64,000 nt of DNA, taken from NCBI GenBank assembly GCA_963422375.2, contig OY729428.2, forward strand, positions 3,584,001 to 3,648,000, in the 5' to 3' direction. Positions 30,613 to 45,111 of this stretch are shown here, piece after piece. A program made the position numbers and the translations under genes. The notes under the pieces were generated by a model that was not told the DNA's origin, searched no databases, and saw nothing but the letters and a program-made list of their open reading frames with translations. This stretch comes from Bryobacterales bacterium. Lineage in GTDB: Bacteria > Acidobacteriota > Terriglobia > Bryobacterales > UBA6623. Each line of letters begins with the position of its first letter. Positions within the stretch are counted from its first letter, which is position 1.

Positions 30613-32067
30613 TCAGGGCAGAGGCGGGTGCCGGGGCACGGTGACGACATAGGTGCCCGAAATCTTGTCGTGCCACGCCTGCCGCCGCGGATCCCAGAGG
30701 ATCCAGAGCCAGCCCAGACCGACCACCACGACCGAGACGATGGTCGCGAGGCCTCGCACCAAGGAGTCCGAGAACTGCAGCGCCCCCCCGTCCACGCGCA
30801 CGACGCGCAGCTGACAGACCAGCCCGCCGACCGTAGTCGCCTTCCACGCCCACAGAACGACGTGGTAGACCAGCGCTAGGACGAACGCCTGGCTGGAGTC
30901 GAATCCGAGCAGCAAGGCGGAGACCGAGAGCAGGAAGGCATCGACCGCCACGGCTCCCGCGCGGCTCGCGAACCTCGCGACCGGGTATTCCGAGACGTCG
31001 GACGCAGGCACCTCCGCGCCGGCACCGGCTAGGGACGCGTCGCCCAGATCACGGATCGGAGTTCCCCCGGCCGCCGGCGCGGGATACTCCCTGCGCAATC
31101 CTGCGAAGACGGTCGCCGCCCCCGCGCCCAGACCGATCACGCCCACGGTCGTCCAAGCGACCATTCCAAGGACCGGGACCATGTAGGCAAGGCAGGCCGC
31201 GGCCATGCCGATGAGCAGGGAGCCGGTGGCCGCGACAACGCCGCCGGCCGGCCCCTCGGGGCGAATCCTGCTCCCGATCCAGCGGAAGACGCTCACGCGT
31301 CCGAAGATGCCGACCAAGAAGAGCGCCAAGTAGAGAAACGGGATCACGGGAAGGCCCACGAGGGAAACCGCGAGCAGGCCCGTCACGGGGCCGAGCAGCA
31401 GCAGGACCAGCAGGCCGACCAAGCAGGCGGTCAGGGGCTTGCTGTCGAGCACTTCCGCGCAGGCCCGCACGGGCTGCTCGAACACGATGTTGAGGCCGAG
31501 GTAGCTGAGGGCGACGACAAGGAAGACGAGCCAGCTCCAGGCCAGAGCGGGCGCGAGCGGGCGCCCCCAGAGAAGTCCGTCCTGCACCCACGTGCCAGCG
31601 GACGCGAGGAATCCGCCCGGCGCGAAGTCGAACAGGGTCGCTTGGTCACCGCCCGCGGTGAATCCGGGCGGGGCGATGGTCGAGCCCCCGATGGTGACCA
31701 TATCCCCTTCGACTTCCGCTCCGGGGTCGACCGTCAGGGAGCCCCACACGACGGCCAGGTCGCCGGCGACCCGGGCGTCGCTGCCGAGGCGAGCGTCTCC
31801 GAAGACGCAAGCGAGGTCCCCGCGAACGGTGCCCTCGATGACGACGTCACCTCCGACCACGACAACGTCGTCGACCTCCTCGCCGGCGGGCAGCACGAAA
31901 TCCGAGTTCAGTCGCGCGATCGACGCGGGCTCGGACGCGTCGTCACCGGCAGGAGGCTGCTCGGCCTGCCCGAGGTCGGGGACGTCGGGGGCTTGCGCGA
32001 GTCCCGCTCCGGACGCGAGCGCCAAGGCGCTCGCGAAGAGCGGCAGGTAGAAAGCGGTTCGGTTCAT
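30613..32067 (-). CDS. RDD-family membrane protein with periplasmic beta-helix (bactofilin-like) domain
   Basis: Signal peptide, repeated V-x-G-D beta units, multiple TM helices, C-terminal RDD 'RRQAWHDKISGT'. Confidence 0.75.
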   Translation of the reverse strand: MNRTAFYLPLFASALALASGAGLAQAPDVPDLGQAEQPPAGDDASEPASIARLNSDFVLPAGEEVDDVVVVGGDVVIEGTVRGDLACVFGDARLGSDARVAGDLAVVWGSLTVDPGAEVEGDMVTIGGSTIAPPGFTAGGDQATLFDFAPGGFLASAGTWVQDGLLWGRPLAPALAWSWLVFLVVALSYLGLNIVFEQPVRACAEVLDSKPLTACLVGLLVLLLLGPVTGLLAVSLVGLPVIPFLYLALFLVGIFGRVSVFRWIGSRIRPEGPAGGVVAATGSLLIGMAAACLAYMVPVLGMVAWTTVGVIGLGAGAATVFAGLRREYPAPAAGGTPIRDLGDASLAGAGAEVPASDVSEYPVARFASRAGAVAVDAFLLSVSALLLGFDSSQAFVLALVYHVVLWAWKATTVGGLVCQLRVVRVDGGALQFSDSLVRGLATIVSVVVVGLGWLWILWDPRRQAWHDKISGTYVVTVPRHPPLP

Positions 32068-32462
32068 GGTTCTAGATTCCTTTCCCAGAGCATCCGAGAG
32101 ATCGCCGCGCAAGCCAGGGCGCACGACAAGCCCATCACGAAGGCCGAGGCGGCCAGGTAGGGGGCGTTCGGCGCGAGGACCAAGCGCCACAGGACGCGGA
32201 CGGTATCCACCAAGGCGGGCACGTCGGCGGCCACCGCCCGCTCGGCAGCGGCTCGCGCCAAGACGGCGGCTGCCGCGAGCACCGCTACGGAGGCAGCCTT
32301 CCAAGCCGGCGGCCAGCACCGCCACGCGCGCCGGAACCAGCTCCGGCCCCGCGCCCGCTCCACCTCGTCCATCACCCGTGGCAGCAGCGACCGCGGTGCC
32401 TTCGGGTCCGGGAGGCGGCCTAGGCACCTGCTCGCGAGCGCCTCGAGGTCAGCGGGCTTCAT
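32064..32462 (-). CDS. Putative anti-sigma factor
   Basis: 'LPDPKAPRSLLPRVM' plus two TM helices, directly downstream of an ECF sigma gene. Confidence 0.6.
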   Translation of the reverse strand: MKPADLEALASRCLGRLPDPKAPRSLLPRVMDEVERARGRSWFRRAWRCWPPAWKAASVAVLAAAAVLARAAAERAVAADVPALVDTVRVLWRLVLAPNAPYLAASAFVMGLSCALACAAISRMLWERNLEP

Positions 32463-32988
32463 CAGCGGCCTCCATCAGGCACCGGAGAGCCTCGCGGCCC
32501 CGGTGGATGTCGGTCTTGACCTTGGCTAGGGAGACGTCCAGCAGCGCCGCGATCTCGCGGTAGCTGCGCTGCTCGAAGTGAAACAGCACGAGCGGCACAC
32601 GCTGACGATCCGGCAGCTGGCGCATGGCCCGCTCCAGACGGGCTTGCCGGTCCCGGCGCTCCAGTTCCTCGAGCTGCGACGCGGGCGCGACGAGAGCTCG
32701 CGCGACCGGATCGTCGTCCCGGCCGTCGCCGGGCCCCTGGCTGAACGGCCGCAAGCGGCGGCGCACTCGGCGCAGGTGGTTGAGGCACAGGTTCGTCGTC
32801 ACCGCGCGCAGCCACCCTGCAACGGCCGGGCTTGCGCGCAGCGTGTCGAACCGCTCGAACGCGCGGAGGAAGACGGTCTGGGACACGTCCTCGGCCTCGC
32901 TGGCGTCTCCGAGCATGCGAACTGCGATTCCGAACACCATGTCTTGGTAGCTCCGGACGAATTCTTCAAACACGCAGGGGGCGGTCAT
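32449..32988 (-). CDS. ECF RNA polymerase sigma factor
   Basis: Region 2 AEDVSQTVFLRA...WL...N; region 4 SYREIAALL...VKTDIHRGR. Confidence 0.92.
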   Translation of the reverse strand: MTAPCVFEEFVRSYQDMVFGIAVRMLGDASEAEDVSQTVFLRAFERFDTLRASPAVAGWLRAVTTNLCLNHLRRVRRRLRPFSQGPGDGRDDDPVARALVAPASQLEELERRDRQARLERAMRQLPDRQRVPLVLFHFEQRSYREIAALLDVSLAKVKTDIHRGREALRCLMEAADEAR

Positions 32989-33021
32989 GCCATCGTGGAC
33001 GACGCCAGCCGATCATAGAGA

Positions 33022-33048
33022 GAACACCGCAGCGGGGAAAAAGTTGCT
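33022..33048 (-). promoter_or_regulatory. Putative ECF-type autoregulatory promoter
   Basis: The minus strand reads GCAAC-N17-GTTC about 35 bp upstream of the sigma start. Confidence 0.5.
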
Positions 33049-33176
33049 GCGCCGGCAGCGGCCCGGCCTGCGCGACGGCGAGTTTTTCGATTTTCGTCAG
33101 CGATGCGCCCGACTTCCGCCCGCGGCACGCATCGGGGCGGTCACGATGACGGCGCCCGGAATTAGAATGCGACCGA

Positions 33177-36100
33177 ATGCGGACGAATTGCCGGCAATTC
33201 GACCCGGGCACGCCCGGGTCTCCGGCGACTCGAGAAGGAACGCCGGTCGCCCGCGGGCGGTCCTGCCGGAAGCAAGCGCGGGCCGCGACGGCGCTGCAAC
33301 GGCTCGGCGGAGCGGCCTTCCTGCTCTGTCTCGCGTGCGCGACCGGACCGACGGCTCTCGCTCAACCCGAGGGTGCGGAGCATGCGGAGCGCATGGCTCG
33401 CGGGCTGGATCTCTTCAAGCGCGAGGTGCGTTCCGTCCTAGCGGAAAGCTGTCTGGCCTGCCACGGCGGCGGTCAGACACAAGGCGGGCTGGACCTGTCC
33501 ACCCGCGAATCGCTGCTGGCGAGCGGCAAGCTGGGCGGGCCGGAGGAGCCCGCCAGTCTGGTCTCCGTTCTGCTCCACGCGCAAGAGCCGTTCATGCCGT
33601 TCGGCCAGCCGCAGCTGGCGGCCGAGAGCATCGACGCGATCAGGGAGTGGGTCCGGCTGGGGGCACCCTACGACAGGCCCCTAGCGGGCGACGCGCCGCC
33701 CTCCGCCGCGCACGGTCCGGTGAACCAGCCTTCGGATTTCTGGTCCTTCCAGCCCCTCTCGCGGCCGGACCCGCCCGAGGTGGCGGGTCGGCCCTGGGTC
33801 CGCAACCCGCTCGACCGCTTCATCCTGGCCCGGCTCGAGGCCGCCGGGCTGCAGCCAGGTCCGCGGGCGGACCGGCGGACGCTGATCCGGCGTGCCTCGC
33901 TCGACCTGCTCGGACTGCCTCCCGGAGTGCGGGAGACCGAGGCGTTCGTCAGGACCCGAGGCCGGACGCCTACGAGCGTCTGGTGGACCGGCTGCTCGAC
34001 TCTCCGGCCTACGGCGAGCGCTGGGCCCGCCACTGGATGGACATTGCCCGGTTCGGCGAGAGCTTCGGATTCGAGCAGGACTACGACCGTCCGTACGCGC
34101 ACCACTACCGGGACTTCCTGATCAAGGCCCTCAACGGCGACATGCCGTACGACCGATTCGTACGCTGGCAGATTGCGGGCGACGAACTGGCTACCGGCAA
34201 CCCGCTGGCCCTCATGGCAACGGGCTTCCTGGCTTCGGCGGCGTTCCCTACCGAGATCACCGAGGCGGAGTTCGAGCGCTCGCGGTACGAGGAGATCGAC
34301 GACATGATCGGGACGATGGGCACGGCCATGCTCGGTCTGACGGTCGGCTGCGCCCGCTGCCACGACCACAAGTACGATCCGATCCCCTCGTCCGACTACT
34401 ACAGCGTCGCGGCCGTGTTCGGGCGCACCGTCCGGACCGAGGTCCAGCACGAGCCCGAGCCGGGCGCCTACGACGATGCCAGGTCAGCCTGGGAGGCCCG
34501 CCGCGAGGAGCTGCGGGCAGGTCGCCGGGCCCGCGAGGAAGACCTCGCGGGCGACGCCTTCAAGGAGTGGCTGCGCGACGGGAGCCAGCCGGCCTCCACG
34601 GATGCGTGGCGCGTCGTCGACGCCTCCGCCGCGACCGCGGAGAGCGGCGCGAGAATCGACACGCTGGACGACGGGTCCTTGCTGGTCACGGGCGCGATCT
34701 CGGATTTCGACAAGCACACGATCACGGCCGACGTCATGACCGACGGCGTCCGCGCCATCCGACTGGAGGTGCTGACCCACCCCGCACTCCCAAACCGCGG
34801 ACCGGGACGGTCGCGGGACGGCCAGTTCCATCTCGGGCGGATCGACGCGGAGGCCCGGCCGCTCGACGATCCCGAGGCCGAGGCCGTCAAGATTCGGTTC
34901 TCCGCCGCTAGGGCGACCGACGAGCTGGACGCCGACTCCGCCTCGGCGCAGGCCGCCATCAACAGCGACACGAGAACCACCGGCTGGTCGATCCGGAGGG
35001 AGTCCCTGGGCACGAGCCAAGCCGCCGCGTTCGAGCTCGCGGAGCCTCTCGAGCTGCACGGCGGAGCCCGCCTGACATTCAGCCTGCACTTCGGCTACAA
35101 CGTGCATTTCACCGTGGGCCGCTACCGACTGTCGGTCTCCCGGGATCCCGCGCCCCCGCTCGAGGTCGGAACCGGCGTCCCGGAGGCTCTGGCGGAGGGG
35201 CTGGCGACCCTTCGCGAATCGCGGCAGGCTCCGCTTGCCGGGGACCACGCCGCGGCGCTGCTGCGGCTGTACGCGAGGACGGACAGGCTCTGGCAGGAGC
35301 TGGACCAAGCCCTCGCGGAGCACGAGCTGCGAGTTCCCGTGCCGACGGCCACGAAGATCCTGGCGGCGGCCGAAGGCCTGCCCCCGGCGCGGCACAACGC
35401 GACCAACAGGGGGTTCCCGCACTTCTACGAACCCACGTACCTGATCCGCCGCGGCGACGTCAGCCAGAAAGTCGCCCCGGCCAAGCCGGGCTTCCTGCGG
35501 GCGCTGATGCGCGCGACCGGGGCTTCCTCGCCCTGGCGCGAGAGCCCTCCCGACGGCTGGGACCGCAGCACGCTCGACCGGGCCTCGCTCGCGAACTGGA
35601 TCGTCGACCACCGTCGCGGCGCGGGGGCCCTGCTCGCCCGGGTCATCTCCAACCGGCTCTGGCACCACCACTTCGGCCGGGGCATCGTCGCGACGCCCAG
35701 CGACTTCGGGAGCCGCGGGGATCCGCCCAGCCATCCCGAGCTGCTCGAGTGGCTGGCGCAGGATCTAGTCGACAACGGCTGGAGCCTGAAGCGCCTGCAA
35801 CGCCTGGTCATGACCAGCGCGGCATACGCGCAGGGAGCGGGCCACCGCAGCGCGGCCGCCTACGTCGATCCGGACAACCGCCTGCTGTGGCGCTGGGCTC
35901 CCCGCCGGCTCGAAGGCGAAGCCGTGCGCGACTCGCTGCTCAGCGTCTCCGGTCGGCTCGACCGACGGATGTACGGCCCGGGAACGCTGCGCGAGGACAT
36001 GCGGCGTCGCAGCGTCTACTTCTTCGTCAAGCGCACGGCGCTGGTGCCGACGATGATGCTGCTCGACTGGCCGGAACACCTGGTCGGCATCGGCAGGCGT

Positions 36101-36403
36101 CCATCCACGACCATCGCCCCGCAGGCGCTGATGTTCCTCAACAGCCCGCGTGCGCGGGGCTACGCCGAGGGACTGGCCGGAAGGCTGCCGTCCGCCGCGG
36201 ACGCGCAGGCGGCCGTGGCCAAGGCCTACCGCCTCGCCTTCAACCGCGACCCGGGGCCCGGCGAGGCGGACGAGGGCGTAGCCTTCCTGCGGGCCCAGAC
36301 CGCGCTGCGCGAGTCGAGCGGCGAGCGCGACGCCGCCCGCCTCGCGCTGGTCGACTACTGCCAGGCGCTGCTGAGCCTCAACGAATTCCTCTACATACGG
36401 TGA
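33177..36403 (+). pseudogene. Planctomycete-type cytochrome c / DUF1549 / DUF1553 protein, frameshifted near 33950
   Basis: CLACH in one frame; YGERWARHWMD, CARCHDHKYDP, HPELLEWLA and EFLYIR in another. A single-base loss explains the shift (real lesion or sequencing error). Start uncertain. Confidence 0.8.
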
Positions 36404-36411
36404 CCCCGACG

Positions 36412-37862
36412 ATGACCTCGAACGAACCTCTGCTGTCGCGTCGCTCCCTGCTGCAGCGATGCGGCATGGGATGCGGCGCACTCGGTCTCGCGACGCTGCT
36501 GGCAGACGAGGGCCTCCTCGCCGCGGAGGGGAGCGACCGTTCCCTCGTGCCCATGGCTCCCGTGGAGCCGCACTTCCGCGCCAAGGCCAAGAGCGTCATC
36601 TGGCTGTTCATCAACGGGGCCCGAGCCATATCGACACGTGGGACTACAAGCCGGAACTCGCGCGACGGCATGGCCAGACGCTCGAGGGCTTCGACAAGTT
36701 CACCGGGTTCTTCGCCAACCAAGTGGGGGCGCTGATGCAGTCGCCGTTCGAGTTCTCGCCACGCGGCCAGAGCGGCAAGATGGTGTCGGAGATCTTCCCG
36801 TATCTCGGAGAGCACGTCGACAAGATGGCCTTCGTGCATTCCGGCTTCTCGGAGTCCAACAACCATTCGCCGGCCCTTTTCGTGATGAACAGCGGCCAGC
36901 CCCGCATGGGCTACCCCCGCCTGGGATCGTGGGTCACGTACGGCCTCGGCAGCGCGAGCAGGGACCTGCCCGGCTTCGTCGTGATGTCCGACCCGAAGGA
37001 CCGCGGGCTGCCCAAGGGCGGCGCCGCCAACTGGAGCGCGGGGTTTCTCCCCGGGGCCTACCAGGGAACGTGGCTGCGCCCGAAGGGCGAGCCCATCCGG
37101 AATCTCGCGCCGCCGGAGGGAGTGAGCGACCGGCAGCAACGCAGCCAGCTCGACCTGATCGCCCGGCTCAACGGCCGGGACCTGGCGCGGTCGCCGCAGG
37201 AACGGGAGCTGGCGGCCCGCATCGAGAGCTTCGAGCTCGCCTACCGCATGCAGTCGGCCGCGCCCGGGGCCTTGGATGTCGACAGCGAGCCGGAGCACAT
37301 CAAGAAGCTGTACGGCCTGCGCAGCGAGCGCTGCGGGCACGTCGCCCGCCAGTGCATCGCGGCGCGCCGCCTGGTCGAGCGCGGCGTGCGCTTCGTCCAG
37401 ATCTACTCGGGGGGCATGGAGAACCAGCGGGCCTGGGACGGCCATATCGATATCGGGCAGAATCATTCCCAGTTCGCCGGCGAGACGGATCAGCCGTTCG
37501 CGGGGCTGCTCGCGGATCTCGAGCAGCGCGGCCTGCTCGACGAGACTCTCGTGATCTGGGGCGGGGAGTTCGGGCGACTGCCCGTCTCCCAGACGGGCGA
37601 GGCCAAGCCGGGCCGCGACCATAACCCGCACTGCCTGACGGCTTGGATGGCGGGCGGCGGGGCCAAGGGAGGCGCGAGCTACGGGGAATCGGACGAGATC
37701 GGGCACAGGGCAGCGGCGAACCGGGTCTCGGTGAACGACTTCCACGCCACGATCCTGCACCTGCTCGGGCTGGACCACGAACGGCTCACGTACAAGTACA
37801 GCGGTCGGCTCTTCCGGCTGACGGACGTGGCCGGGAGGGTGATCCGCGAGATCGTGGCATGA
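36412..37862 (+). pseudogene. DUF1501 protein (Tat signal), frameshifted near 36618
   Basis: SRRSLL Tat motif; KAKSVIWLFIN-G-GPSHIDT is broken by a missing G in a G run; GEFGR, GRDHN, RLTDV. Confidence 0.82.
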
Positions 37863-38743
37863 CCCCGAGGCGCGAATGCAAGCAAGGCCGGCGGCTGCAC
37901 TGCCTTTGCGGGCCTGTCTTCGATTTAGGCCCTCTCCGCGAAGGGCCCCGAGAGCGTGCCGCTTCCTCGTGCTCCCGATTTCGAGGGAAAGGCGAAGCGG
38001 ATGATCGCCCTGTTCATGCAGGGAGCTCTCACGCGGCACTATGCGTTCGACTCCCACCCCGACCTCGCCAGGCGCGCCGGCCGGCATTCCGAGATGGATC
38101 TGGCGATCGGCACGCAAAGGGGCAAGATTCTCGCCCCGGTTTTCGATTTCGTGCTGAGCCTTGAGGGCGGTCGCCCGATCTCCGAGGTTTCCCCCATCCG
38201 AGCCAGTACACGGACGCGACGTGCCTGCTGAACGCATGCACGCGGATTCCCCCGCTCATCCGCAGGCGTAAGTGTTCACGCACGCCGGCAGCATCACCTT
38301 CGGGCGGCCGTCCATCGGGCGGTGCGTCGTGTACGGTCTCGGCGAGGAGAACCGGGACCTGCCTAGGTTCGTCACGATGAATCCTCCGCCGGTCGGAGGT
38401 GCCGCGCTGTACGGCTCGGCATTCCTCCGGGCCAGCTTCCAAGGAACGAGTCTGAACATCGACGAAGGCCCGGACCCTGTCGAGAGCATCAGGGACGCGC
38501 GCATGGCCATGGACTGGCAGCGCGTGCATCTCGCAATGTCTAGGACCTCAATCGCGGCCAGCTCGGCCCTACCAGCATCGGCGACCAGATCGAAGGAGTC
38601 ATCCGGCGCTGAGGGCTAGCGTTCCAAATGCAGAGCGCAACTCCCGCGTCCTATATAAGGGAATTATATATCTGAGTGCCGAGGGAATCAAGTCGGCAAA
38701 TTATCAAGCCATAATAAGATTTCATATTTCTTCCGGATTTCCG

Positions 38744-38773
38744 TTGACATTCTGTGGTGTTTCTTGGTAGAAT
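38744..38773 (+). promoter_or_regulatory. Sigma70-like transposase promoter
   Basis: TTGACA-18 bp-TAGAAT upstream of the transposase ATG. Confidence 0.6.
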
Positions 38774-39798
38774 AGCTCCAGTAGGGGATGCCGTAAATGA
38801 AGAAACCAGGTCCCGGAAAGTGGTTCCGTAAAGGCATCACATTGATCGAAATGATCGCCATGTTCCCCGATGACGAATCCGCGGAAAGATGGTTCGCTGC
38901 CATGCGCTGGCCGGACGGTCCCGCGTGCCCCCACTGCCGCGGCTCCAGCGTGCAGTCCGGCGCGGCCCACCCTTCGATGCCGTACCGTTGCCGCGGCTGC
39001 GGCAAGCGCTTTTCCGCGCGCACCGGCAGCGTGACGGCCGACACCAAGCTCGGCTACCGCACCCGGGCCGTCGCCCTGTTCCTGCTGACCACCGGCATCA
39101 AGGGCGTCTCGAGCATGAAGCTGCACCGCGATCCGGGAATCAGCCGGAAGTCGGCCTGGCACCTCGCGCACCGCATCCGCGCGTGCCGGGAGCGGGATCA
39201 GGGCCTGTTCGCCGGCCCGGTGGAGGTGGACGAGACCTACGTCGGCGGCAAGGAACGCAACAAGCACGAGAGGAAGAAGGCCCGCGCCGGGCGCGGGCCC
39301 GTCGGCAAGACCCCGGTGGCGGGGGCACGGGACCGCGCCACGAACGCAGTGGCCGCGCGGCCGCTGCCGGGCACCGCCAAGGGCGACCTGCAGGGCTTCG
39401 TGCGCGCCCGCGTCGCGCCGGGGGCGCAGCTCTACTCCGACGAGGCGGCGGCCTACGCCGGCATGGCGGAGTTCCCGCACGAAGCCGTCAAGCACTCCCG
39501 CGGCGAGTACGTGCGCGGGGCGGCGCATACGAACGGCATCGAATCGTTCCGGTCCCTGTTCAAGCGCGGCCTGTACGGAACCTATCACCGGATGAGCGTC
39601 CGTCATCTCGGCCGCTACCTGACGGAGTTCGCGGGACGGCGCAACGACCGCGACTGCGACACGGCGGAACAGATGCGGCGCATGGCGCGGGGCCTGGTCG
39701 GCCGGACGCTGACCTGCCGGCAGCTGACCGGCAAGGCCGCGGTCGCGGCCCGAGCGGCGCCCTCCGCGCTGAGCGCGGCAGCCCGCTGCGGGCGCGCT

Positions 39799-39878
39799 CT
39801 TCACGCTCGGTGCGCTTCACGCTCGGTGCGCTTCACGCTCGGTGCGCTTCACGCTCGGTGCGCTTCACGCTCGGTACG
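39799..39878. repeat. Tandem repeat, 5 x 16 bp (CTTCACGCTCGGTGCG)
   Basis: Four exact units and one variant, with no spacers; only a single unit at the equivalent site of IS1595 copy A. Confidence 0.95.
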
Positions 39879-40242
39879 AGGGGCGCAGCGGATCCGGCAT
39901 GCCCCGGTGCGCCCCCAGTCCGGCCCGGACCGTCCATGCAGGCCATCGAGCGCCGGGGATCCGCTGCCTTCGGCCCTCCGAGGGCCTGTAATCGGCTTGC
40001 AAGGGGTGCCCTGCCACCGCCAACCGGGTTCCACCGGGTTCCACCGGGGCATGCGAGGCGGCCTCTCTAGTCCGTTCCTCGTCCAATCCGCTGGCAGGCT
40101 CGATTCAGATACGATCCCCCACCCCTCTGTGCCCGCCGCGGCCGCACTCGAATGACCCGCGCTCGACACCGACCTCCCTGCTCACAGCAGTTCTAGTCGG
40201 ACATGGCGTCGTCGGCACTCAGATATATAATTCCCCTATATA

Positions 40243-40497
40243 GTGCCCGTGAAAAAACTCGTATCCCCTTGACAACAAAGGCGTTAGGTCCAATCTCTCA
40301 AGGCGAAGATTTCACTGGAATGCTACGACTGGTTCGAAATCCTGCCAATTCTGGGTAGAGCGCGGAAATCTTCGCGATTGGCGGCTGAGCAACTTCCGAC
40401 CTTGGACCCTATATGTTGTGTTTGGAGATCCATCCGACATCAGGATGTAGTATGAAATGCTGATCAGGCCAGAATTCAGGGGTTTTGTCACAAGCAC
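40243..40497. mobile_element. 255-bp MITE-like element, copy B
   Basis: IRs GTGCCCGTGAAAAAAC / GTTTTGTCACAAGCAC flanked by TATATA; inverted near-copy of 17657-17911. Confidence 0.85.
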
Positions 40498-41266
40498 TAT
40501 ATAACTGGTCCGAGCCGAACAGCGTTGGCGAGGCGTATGGCCTGCACCGGAAGGAGACGCAGGGATTCGGCACGCAGCGCCTGCTGGCCCGGAGGATCGC
40601 GGAGCGCGGTGTTCGCTTCATCGAGCTGGGCCATCGGGGATGGGACCACCAAAACGACCTTCGCAAGAGGCTGACGCAGAAGGCCCGGGAACCGGCCGGC
40701 CGCCGCCCTGATCGGCGACTTCAAGCAGCGCGGCAGGCCGGACGAGGCGCTGATCGAGTGAGGCGGGGACTTCGGGCGCTCGACTCTCGAGCAGTACAAC
40801 AAGGCCGACGGCAGACACCACAACCGCGGCTCCACCGAGTGGATGGCCGGAGGCGGCGTCAAGGGCGGCATGCGCTACAGGCGCAGCAACGTCAAAGGCG
40901 TGGCCGTCGAGGGCCGCGTGCATTTGCATGACCTGCACGCAACGATGCTGCACCTGCTGGACTTGCACCAAACGCGTCTGACCTACCGATACGCGGGGCG
41001 TGACCTCCGGCTCACCGACGTCCACGGTCGGGTGTCAAGGAGATCCTAGCGTGACTGGCGGTAGACGGTTCGCCGATTCCCCCTCGGCCAGCGATCGCCC
41101 TTGGCGCCGGAGGGGTTACGGGTTCGTGTGGCTGATTGTCGCTGTCGCCATGGAAGTGCTAGACTTGATCTCGAGGCGCGGAATGGCGTGGCGCTTGCAG
41201 AGCATGACGGACCGGCGTCTAGCGCAACCCTGCCGAGCGGTTGGCGGGCTGCGTGGAGGACAGAAC

Positions 41267-41665
41267 GTGCCGAAGTGGATTGCGCATATCGCCTTGGTCC
41301 TGATGGTGCCGTTCCAGTCGGTGGCCCAAGAGAAGACTGTCTTTCACGTGGACGTCACGGAAACCGCGCCGGAGCTGGAATCCCGGTGCATTCCAATTGA
41401 CGAAGTTGAAGAGACCACCCAAGGCCATTTGCACCTTACGATTGGCGGAAACTGGTACTTTCCAAAACGGGTTGCAGCCAATGATCGGTATGCGACGATT
41501 GAGTGGGACAAACGCGATAGCCCGATGGTGATGAATCCGGACGGCTCGGTATCGAAGCTCGATCTTCGATACGGGAAAATGTATCGAGTAGACATCAAGG
41601 CCAAATGCATCGGTTCGGCTTACGTGGGCAAGACTATCGAGGTCCCGACTGGGCCCAGCGAATAA
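41267..41665 (+). CDS. Hypothetical exported protein
   Basis: RBS GGAGGA plus GTG, signal peptide ending SVA-Q, two Cys residues, lower GC than its flanks. Confidence 0.55.
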   Translation: MPKWIAHIALVLMVPFQSVAQEKTVFHVDVTETAPELESRCIPIDEVEETTQGHLHLTIGGNWYFPKRVAANDRYATIEWDKRDSPMVMNPDGSVSKLDLRYGKMYRVDIKAKCIGSAYVGKTIEVPTGPSE

Positions 41666-42257
41666 TTGACCCGACCGTGCGCCTTTCGGGGGTCCGGCTT
41701 TCGCAAGTTCGGCCTCCACTGGACTTGCTAGGCATCCCGCCCACGGATGGATGTCACGGAAGGGGACATTGGTGCGCGCGGGTTGCTAGAGAGAAGCTAC
41801 GCTCTCCGAAGGCCCCTCCACGCGAGATCGACAGATGATCGGCTTCCGGTCCGCTAACAGGACTCGCCCGGCGGGGATTGCAGTACCGCCCCGTGCTTCC
41901 CCACACCAAGGCGGTCGATCCCTACACGCGGGCGGCTCGCGGCGACGTCCGGCCGCGGAGCGGACCAGCGCCCGGGGGGCCCCTAGGGCTGCGCACCGCG
42001 GCGGCGTCGGTCCGAGGCTCAGTCTCGCTGGCTATTCCTAGTCTCGATGCTCGGCGCGCACCGGCCACCGGCATCGCTTGACCTGCCGCCTCGGGACGGT
42101 CGGCGCATGACTCGCGGAAAAGCAGGGAGCGGTTAGCCCCTTGCCCCGGGGGCCTCCGCGCGCCATCGATTGGCCCGTCGCGTAGGTGCGCGCAACGCGC
42201 CGCGACCGGCAGCGATCCGATAGGCTATTAGGTGCGAAAGTGCGAGTCGAGAGAGCG

Positions 42258-45065
<2,808 letters not shown>

Positions 45066-45111
45066 CGGGGCACCGTCCGGGGAAGCCGCCGCAGGAGCCG
45101 AGGGGCGAGAG

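Larger units (their letters stand above)
38659..40235 (+). mobile_element. IS1595-family element, copy B (transposase from 38797; ancestral stop at 39751 apparently lost)
   Basis: IRs GGGAATTATATATCTGAGTGCCGA; 8-bp TSD CTATATAA (38651-38658; right copy split by the MITE); homologous to 16106-17572. Confidence 0.9.
37950..41049 (+). pseudogene. Heavily decayed DUF1501 gene interrupted by IS1595 and a MITE
   Basis: Fragments [60 protein letters not shown] lie on both sides of the insertion. Confidence 0.8.

Noticed and set aside
32987..33950. N-terminal part of the 1138-aa ORF as a real protein
   Set aside because: The signal peptide and CxxCH are in another frame; only the part after about 33950 is coding in this frame.
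39799..39878. Possible CRISPR array
   Set aside because: The 16-bp units are contiguous with no spacers, lie inside an IS, and no cas genes are present.
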